In this document: positions 58,711-64,000 of the stretch, piece by piece | Position numbering within the stretch: the first letter of the stretch is position 1 | Layout: every line of letters begins with the position of its first letter | Origin: Nitrososphaerota archaeon | Lineage (GTDB): Archaea > Thermoproteota > EX4484-205 > JAAOZP01 | Length of the DNA stretch: 64,000 nt | NCBI GenBank assembly: GCA_011605725.1 | Contig: JAAOZP010000012.1 | Coordinates: forward strand, 74,238-138,237 | Direction: 5' to 3' | The notes under the pieces: model-generated | The model's database searches: none | Seen by the model: only the letters and a program-made list of their open reading frames with translations | Told to the model about the DNA's origin: nothing | Made by a program: the position numbers and the translations under genes

Positions 58711-59769
58711 TCAGAACCTTCCGTTAACAACCTCGAAGTGAGTCGGCTTATTAAAAGTACGACCCCCTATTAGAACCCAGTGTGCAACCCATTTAATCAT
58801 CCGATCCAGCGTGACTGTTGGAGGGCCGAATATCCTGAAGCATTTTGAAGCATTGCTTAACAAAGCATTCCCCGTCTCGCTGTTTTTGAAAACCGGCTTC
58901 TTACCGAAGATAGCTCCGAATTTCTCCGCCAACCATCTGACGGAAACTGTTTCAGAACCAGTCACGTTTATCACCTCAGGAGGGGAGCTGCAGAGCTCAA
59001 GGGAGCGAACAGCTATGTTGTTAACGTCCCCTTGCCATATAACGTTGACGTACCCCATTCTCAAGTCTATAGGCAAGCCTTCGAAAACTTTCCTAGCCAC
59101 ATCCAGTAGAACACCGTATCTAAGGTCTATCGCGTAGTTAAGCCTTAAGAGCAAGGTTTTCAAACCGTATTTTCTAGAGAAGTATTCAAATATTCTTTCA
59201 CGTCCTAAACAGGATTGAGCATACTCACCCACCGGGTCTGGAGGAGTAGACTCGTCCGCGCCCCCAGAAGACACCGGGACCAATGGATAAACATTCCCCG
59301 TTGAGAACACTACTATCCTCGACTTCTTAAACCTCCTTGAAACAATAGCCGGGATATACGTGTTTACAGCCCAGGTTAGCGAGGAGTCCTCCTGCGTGCC
59401 GAACTTCCTACCAACCATGTAGATCACGTTTGAGGCCTCTGGAAGCCTCTCCACCTCTTCCTCCTCCAGCAGGTCGCATGAAAAAGTTTCCACACCTATT
59501 TTTTCCAGTTCTTCTCTTAATCCTGGTGTTGAAAACCTGGATACTCCTATAACCCTTTTATTCAAGCCGCCTTCGTCCACAGCCCTCTTAACAAGCCTCG
59601 CAAGAGTAGGGCCGATTTTACCTGAAACACCCAGGATGAGAATGTCGCCCCCAAGCCTGGAAACAGCCTTCACAGTTTCAGGCATAGGCCTCGACAAAAT
59701 TTCTTCGAGCTCAGGCTCGCTTCCAACAAGGTCTGGAAGACAGGCTGGTTTAAAGCTGCTGCAAGCCAT
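58711..59769 (-). CDS. NAD(P)-dependent epimerase/dehydratase-like oxidoreductase
   Basis: 352 aa; Rossmann motif ILILGVSGKIGPTLA; weak beyond fold level. Confidence 0.5.
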   Translation of the reverse strand: MACSSFKPACLPDLVGSEPELEEILSRPMPETVKAVSRLGGDILILGVSGKIGPTLARLVKRAVDEGGLNKRVIGVSRFSTPGLREELEKIGVETFSCDLLEEEEVERLPEASNVIYMVGRKFGTQEDSSLTWAVNTYIPAIVSRRFKKSRIVVFSTGNVYPLVPVSSGGADESTPPDPVGEYAQSCLGRERIFEYFSRKYGLKTLLLRLNYAIDLRYGVLLDVARKVFEGLPIDLRMGYVNVIWQGDVNNIAVRSLELCSSPPEVINVTGSETVSVRWLAEKFGAIFGKKPVFKNSETGNALLSNASKCFRIFGPPTVTLDRMIKWVAHWVLIGGRTFNKPTHFEVVNGRF

Positions 59770-59859
59770 TGATAGTTAAACAGTGTCTCGACGTGTAATA
59801 TAAACGATACGCGTCGAAATCGTGAGACGGGCAAAGGTTTTTTAAGGCTTTAAAGCCTT

Positions 59860-61755
59860 TTGGAAACAGTCTTGCCGACTCGCATAGTGGATACTTCAAA
59901 CAGTCCCTACGCGAAGCTACGTCCTGTGCCAATTGAAGAAGTCGAGTTGAAACACGGCTTCTGGGCGAAACGCTTGAAGAGGATTAGGGAAGTGACTGTT
60001 CCATCCCAGTATGAGCTTCTTGAAAAAACCGGCAGGATTTACAATTTCAGAAGGGCAGCTGGAAGGGAGAAAGGCGGTTTCCAAGGGCTAGTTTTCAACG
60101 ATTCAGATGTTTACAAGTGGGTTGAGGCCGCCGGGTTCCTTCTCGCATCCCGGTTTGACGAGAAGCTTCACAGTCTGGTTGAGAAAGTTGTTGACGATAT
60201 ATGTGCAGCCCAGGATGAGGACGGCTATCTGAATACTTTCTTCACGTTTGGGAACAAGGCTAAACGCTGGTCGAACCTTGCGCGCGACCATGAACTGTAT
60301 TGCGCTGGACACTTGATTCAGGCCGCTATTGCTCTTCACAGAGCCACGGGAGACCAGAAGCTTTTCAACGCTGCCGTGCGTTTCGCAAACCACATATTGA
60401 GAGTCTTCGGCCCAGACGGGAAGCCGGGGGCACCGGGACATCCTGAGATAGAGATGGCGATGGTTGAACTCTACAGGGAGACGGGTGACCCTGCATACTT
60501 AAGCATGGCTAGAAAATTCATAGATAACCGTGGAAGGGGAATAGCGGGTGGAGATGTCAACAGGATAGACCATAAGCCGTTCAAGGAGCTCGAAGAGATC
60601 GTTGGACATGCCGTTAGATCGCTGTATCTGAACAGTGGAGCTACGGACCTTTACATGGAGACTGGGGACAAAGAGGTCTGGAGCGTTTTAGAACGGCTCT
60701 GGAACAACATGGTGAAGTGCAAAATGTACGTTACTGGAGGCGTAGGCTCCCGTTACGATGGGGAAGCCTTCGGCCTCAACTATGAGCTTCCCAGCGCTCA
60801 GGCCTATGCTGAAACATGCGCCTCGGTAGCGAACTTCATGTGGAACTGGAGAATGTTTCTCGCAAGCGGGGAAGCTAAATACGTAGACGTGATGGAGCTT
60901 ACTCTATATAACGGCGTGTTGGCAGGCATATCGCTCGACGGTGAGGAGTATTTCTATGTGAACCCGCTTGCGAGCCGTGGGAACCATAGGCGGAGGAAAT
61001 GGTTTGAATGCGCCTGTTGCCCACCGAACGTGGCTAGGCTTCTAGCGGGCTTACCCGGCTACTTCTACAGTATTTCTGAAGAAGGCGTATGGGTGAACCT
61101 GTATGATCAGAATGAAGCCCGCATCAGGTTTAAAGACGATGTTGTAGAGATTGCTCAGACCACTGATTATCCATGGGACGGGAAGGTTGAAATACTTCTC
61201 GGCTTAAAGCGTGAACTAGCCTTCTCAATAAATCTTCGAATACCGGCTTGGAGTAACAGAACAGAAGTGAGCCTGAACGGTAGTAGAGTTAATGGTGACG
61301 TTAAGCCAGGGTCATACTTTAGGCTGGACAGAACCTGGAGCAACGGCGATAGAATAAGGGTGAATTTTCAGATGGAGGTTAGAAAAATATCCTGCAACCC
61401 GCTTGTCTACGAGAACACTGGAAGAATATCTTTAGGCAGGGGTCCCCTAGTGTATTGCATCGAGGGTGTTGACAACCCCGGGTTTGACGTGTGGGACCTG
61501 TTGATTCCCGAGGATGCGGTGCTCAGCGTGGAGTGGATCCCATCCCTGCTTGACGGCGTAATGGTGATAAGGGGAGAGGGTTACGTGGCTGATTCGGACT
61601 GGATTCAGGACTCCCTGTATAGAGTTTTCAACCCGGCTGGGACACGGAGAACAGAGTTTTTAGCAATACCCTACTACGCCTGGGCTAACCGTGATCCAAG
61701 CCCCATGATCACCTGGGTCAGGTCAATACCCAGGCTGGAGAACATTCAGAAGTAA
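59860..61755 (+). CDS. Glycoside hydrolase family 127-like protein (DUF1680, beta-L-arabinofuranosidase-like)
   Basis: 631 aa; characteristic Cys-rich zinc/catalytic motif WFECACCPPNVARLL and six-hairpin N-terminal region. Confidence 0.8.
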   Translation: METVLPTRIVDTSNSPYAKLRPVPIEEVELKHGFWAKRLKRIREVTVPSQYELLEKTGRIYNFRRAAGREKGGFQGLVFNDSDVYKWVEAAGFLLASRFDEKLHSLVEKVVDDICAAQDEDGYLNTFFTFGNKAKRWSNLARDHELYCAGHLIQAAIALHRATGDQKLFNAAVRFANHILRVFGPDGKPGAPGHPEIEMAMVELYRETGDPAYLSMARKFIDNRGRGIAGGDVNRIDHKPFKELEEIVGHAVRSLYLNSGATDLYMETGDKEVWSVLERLWNNMVKCKMYVTGGVGSRYDGEAFGLNYELPSAQAYAETCASVANFMWNWRMFLASGEAKYVDVMELTLYNGVLAGISLDGEEYFYVNPLASRGNHRRRKWFECACCPPNVARLLAGLPGYFYSISEEGVWVNLYDQNEARIRFKDDVVEIAQTTDYPWDGKVEILLGLKRELAFSINLRIPAWSNRTEVSLNGSRVNGDVKPGSYFRLDRTWSNGDRIRVNFQMEVRKISCNPLVYENTGRISLGRGPLVYCIEGVDNPGFDVWDLLIPEDAVLSVEWIPSLLDGVMVIRGEGYVADSDWIQDSLYRVFNPAGTRRTEFLAIPYYAWANRDPSPMITWVRSIPRLENIQK

Positions 61756-62051
61756 CTTGTTATTGCCATCCATAACGAAGTTTCCTGTAGCACGCTTAGA
61801 TCAGCTGGATATAGGCAACTCATAGTGTGCATCAGGTGGACATGAGCATGAAGCCGACTGTTCAACCAACGCGAGTCTGAATCTTTCAACCGTAGCCTTG
61901 GAAACCATCTTGCTCAAGAATCTTTAACGAGGGTTGAAGGTGTTGTAAATAAGGTCCCTGCTGGGGCTCAAGCATCGTAGAGCAGTTAAGCCGCTTTTTA
62001 AACGGTTATAAAGCTGAAGAAATGTTTAAGAAAAAGCGCGGTTTTACTTGG

Positions 62052-62942
62052 TTACTCTTCTGTCCTAAGCCTCGGGTTGAATATCTCTTCTAATGCCGAG
62101 GATATTAGTACGAAGCCTGTCTGAAGCAGAACTATGCATACTATTGGGGAGAAAAGATAAATCCATGCCTTCGGATTGATCAAAGCTGCTTCACCCAGCG
62201 CGATGTTTATCATCACTCCCCAGTTTACGGATGTGAACCTGAGGATGCCGAGGGAGAACAATACGACCTGTGAATATATACCGCCGGTAAGTGCTAAGAC
62301 GAAACTCATAACCAAGTAGGGCATCAGGTTAGGTATTATTTCTCTGAAGATTATGTGCATACGCCCCAGGTTTAGACATCTAGCAGCCTCTATGAAAGGC
62401 CTCTCCCTAATCGCCAGAACCTGAGACCTGATCGCCCTAGCAGTAGCCGGCCACTGCACTATACCTATTATCAGCGAGACTTCGAACAGGTTGAGCTCCC
62501 TCGGGAGGCTGGCGGCTATAAGTATGAGAAGCGGGTACTGCGGAAGCATCAGGAATATTTCAGTAATCCTCATCATCACCTCGTCGAAAATCCCTCCAAG
62601 TATCCCTGAGGAAACACCTATGAGCGTCGCGATGGAAATAGTTACTAAACCAGTCATCGCGGCGATTAGCAGAGCCTCCCTAGAGCCGTTGATTATCTGC
62701 ATAAGCACATCCCTCCCGTAGGCATCTGTGCCCAAAGGATGCTCAAGGGAGGGTGGAAGATACCTTTTCGCCGGATAGGCCCTTATGTCGAGCGGGAAGA
62801 AGAAAGGGCCGATGAGCGCCATCAGTAGGAAGAACGTGACGATTATGAAGCCAGCCATGGTTGAAGGCTTCTTCCTAATCACGTTGAAGGCGAGCATCAG
62901 CCTTTTAGACATTCTTCGCCCCCTCTCACTCATTTCCCTCAC
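62052..62942 (-). CDS. ABC transporter permease, peptide/nickel type (DppC/OppC-like)
   Basis: 296 aa; N-terminal TM helix followed by HPLGTDAYGRDVLMQI signature and six TM helices. Confidence 0.8.
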   Translation of the reverse strand: MREMSERGRRMSKRLMLAFNVIRKKPSTMAGFIIVTFFLLMALIGPFFFPLDIRAYPAKRYLPPSLEHPLGTDAYGRDVLMQIINGSREALLIAAMTGLVTISIATLIGVSSGILGGIFDEVMMRITEIFLMLPQYPLLILIAASLPRELNLFEVSLIIGIVQWPATARAIRSQVLAIRERPFIEAARCLNLGRMHIIFREIIPNLMPYLVMSFVLALTGGIYSQVVLFSLGILRFTSVNWGVMINIALGEAALINPKAWIYLFSPIVCIVLLQTGFVLISSALEEIFNPRLRTEE

Positions 62943-62945
62943 CTA

Positions 62946-63929
62946 TTACTCAAACCTTATTCTCGGGTCAAGCCTACTGTAGAGCAGGTCCGCCATGAAG
63001 TTAGCAGCCACGACGGCGACAGCAGTTATCAAGAACAGTCCAGATATCAGCGGGTAGTCCCTAGCATAGACAGCCTGGTTGAGAAACCTGCCTATACCCG
63101 GGTAGAGGAAAAGATTCTCGATTAAGAGTACTCCTCCAAACATGAAGCCTAGGGCGATGGCGAACCTGGTGAACAACGGTAGCATAGCATTCCTACCGAC
63201 GTAGGCGGTCACTATCCTCCTATCCTTCAAACCCCTTGCCTCCGCAGCAGTAACATAGTATTCTCCAAGCACAGAGATCGTGCTACTCTTCATCGTGAGA
63301 ATCCATCCTCCGACTGTTGTCAAAACATAAGTTAGGATCGGCAGGACTGCATGCCGTAGCACGCTGATCACGAAATCCAGGTTGAAAACCCGTGGGTCAA
63401 CCCCGCTGTACGGGCCTGAGGCGGGAAGCCATTTCAACTGTATTGCGAAAACCCATATCATGAAGAAACCAAGTATGTTCTGCGGCATAGCTGTTGTGAT
63501 AGAGGAGTAGAATGACAATACCTTGTCGATGATTGAACCCCTCCTGTAGGCCATGTGCATTCCTAATACGATGCCGAGCAGGAAGCTTATAACTAGGGAA
63601 ATAGATACTGAGAACACTGTCCACGGTATGCCATAGCCCAGTATCGTTGCCACGGGAGTGGCAAGCCAGATGGAGTAGCCCAGGTTACCGGTTAAAACCC
63701 CCTTTAGGAAACTTACGTATTGTTCGTGAAGCGGAGCCGTAGGGACGAAGGAGAGAGCCATGGAAACCCTCGTCAAAGCCTCCTCGTAGGAGTAGCCCAG
63801 TGCGAGAAACTGTTGAATCATCATGTCAACAGGGTTCCCGGGCATCATCCTGTAGAGGAAGAAGTTTATCGTTATCGCGCAGAATAGGGTGAACAATGAG
63901 AGAGCAGCCTTCCTGAATATCCACCTCAT
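62946..63929 (-). CDS. ABC transporter permease, peptide/nickel type (DppB/OppB-like)
   Basis: 327 aa; N-terminal LYRMMPGNPVDMM and polytopic layout typical of DppB/OppB. Confidence 0.8.
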   Translation of the reverse strand: MRWIFRKAALSLFTLFCAITINFFLYRMMPGNPVDMMIQQFLALGYSYEEALTRVSMALSFVPTAPLHEQYVSFLKGVLTGNLGYSIWLATPVATILGYGIPWTVFSVSISLVISFLLGIVLGMHMAYRRGSIIDKVLSFYSSITTAMPQNILGFFMIWVFAIQLKWLPASGPYSGVDPRVFNLDFVISVLRHAVLPILTYVLTTVGGWILTMKSSTISVLGEYYVTAAEARGLKDRRIVTAYVGRNAMLPLFTRFAIALGFMFGGVLLIENLFLYPGIGRFLNQAVYARDYPLISGLFLITAVAVVAANFMADLLYSRLDPRIRFE

Positions 63930-64000
63930 TCACAATGCACCTCGTTCACAATAGGGTCTTAAAAAGGGTGTTAAAAAAACTTTCGTATACGGGGAGAGTT

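Noticed and set aside
1-64000. rRNA, tRNA, integrase or transposase genes, long inverted or direct repeats
   Set aside because: No cloverleaf-like or rRNA-like segment recognised in the intergenic gaps by eye, and no recombinase motifs in any ORF; a tRNAscan/Infernal scan would be needed to exclude them.

Overview
Dense prokaryotic coding window with about 60 predicted genes and frequent 1-30 nt start/stop overlaps. Gene content (PF01637-type 'archaeal ATPase', THUMP tRNA methyltransferase, ADP-forming acetyl-CoA synthetase, MtrH-like methyltransferase) suggests an anaerobic archaeon; this is inference from the translations, not a database result. Main blocks: (i) glycerol module, glpK plus GlpA-like FAD dehydrogenase, second flavoprotein and DUF1667 (1.5-6.3 kb); (ii) tetrahydrofolate C1 island with MetF-like, formate-THF ligase, MtrH-like methyltransferase, PurN, FolD, 5-formyl-THF cyclo-ligase fused to a membrane domain, and FolC (9.6-18.1 kb); (iii) two acetate/ATP routes, ADP-forming acetyl-CoA synthetase alpha/beta (19.3-21.4 kb) and Ack-Pta (52.4-54.6 kb); (iv) HEPN/MNT toxin-antitoxin pair (23.9-24.9 kb); (v) a long minus-strand gene train (25.6-37.3 kb) holding the best candidates for an undescribed system: an ATPase + small membrane protein + two paralogous zinc-ribbon membrane proteins, preceded by SPFH-zinc-ribbon and coiled-coil genes, and separately a winged-helix + P-loop NTPase pair; (vi) three clustered URO-D-family paralogs, a GxGYxYP-like protein, and ACP + AcpS + hexapeptide-repeat protein; (vii) GH127-like glycosidase, FGGY sugar kinase and peptide-type ABC permeases. 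No rRNA, tRNA, CRISPR array, integrase or transposase was recognised. All family assignments come from reading motifs in the supplied translations and need HMM/BLAST confirmation.
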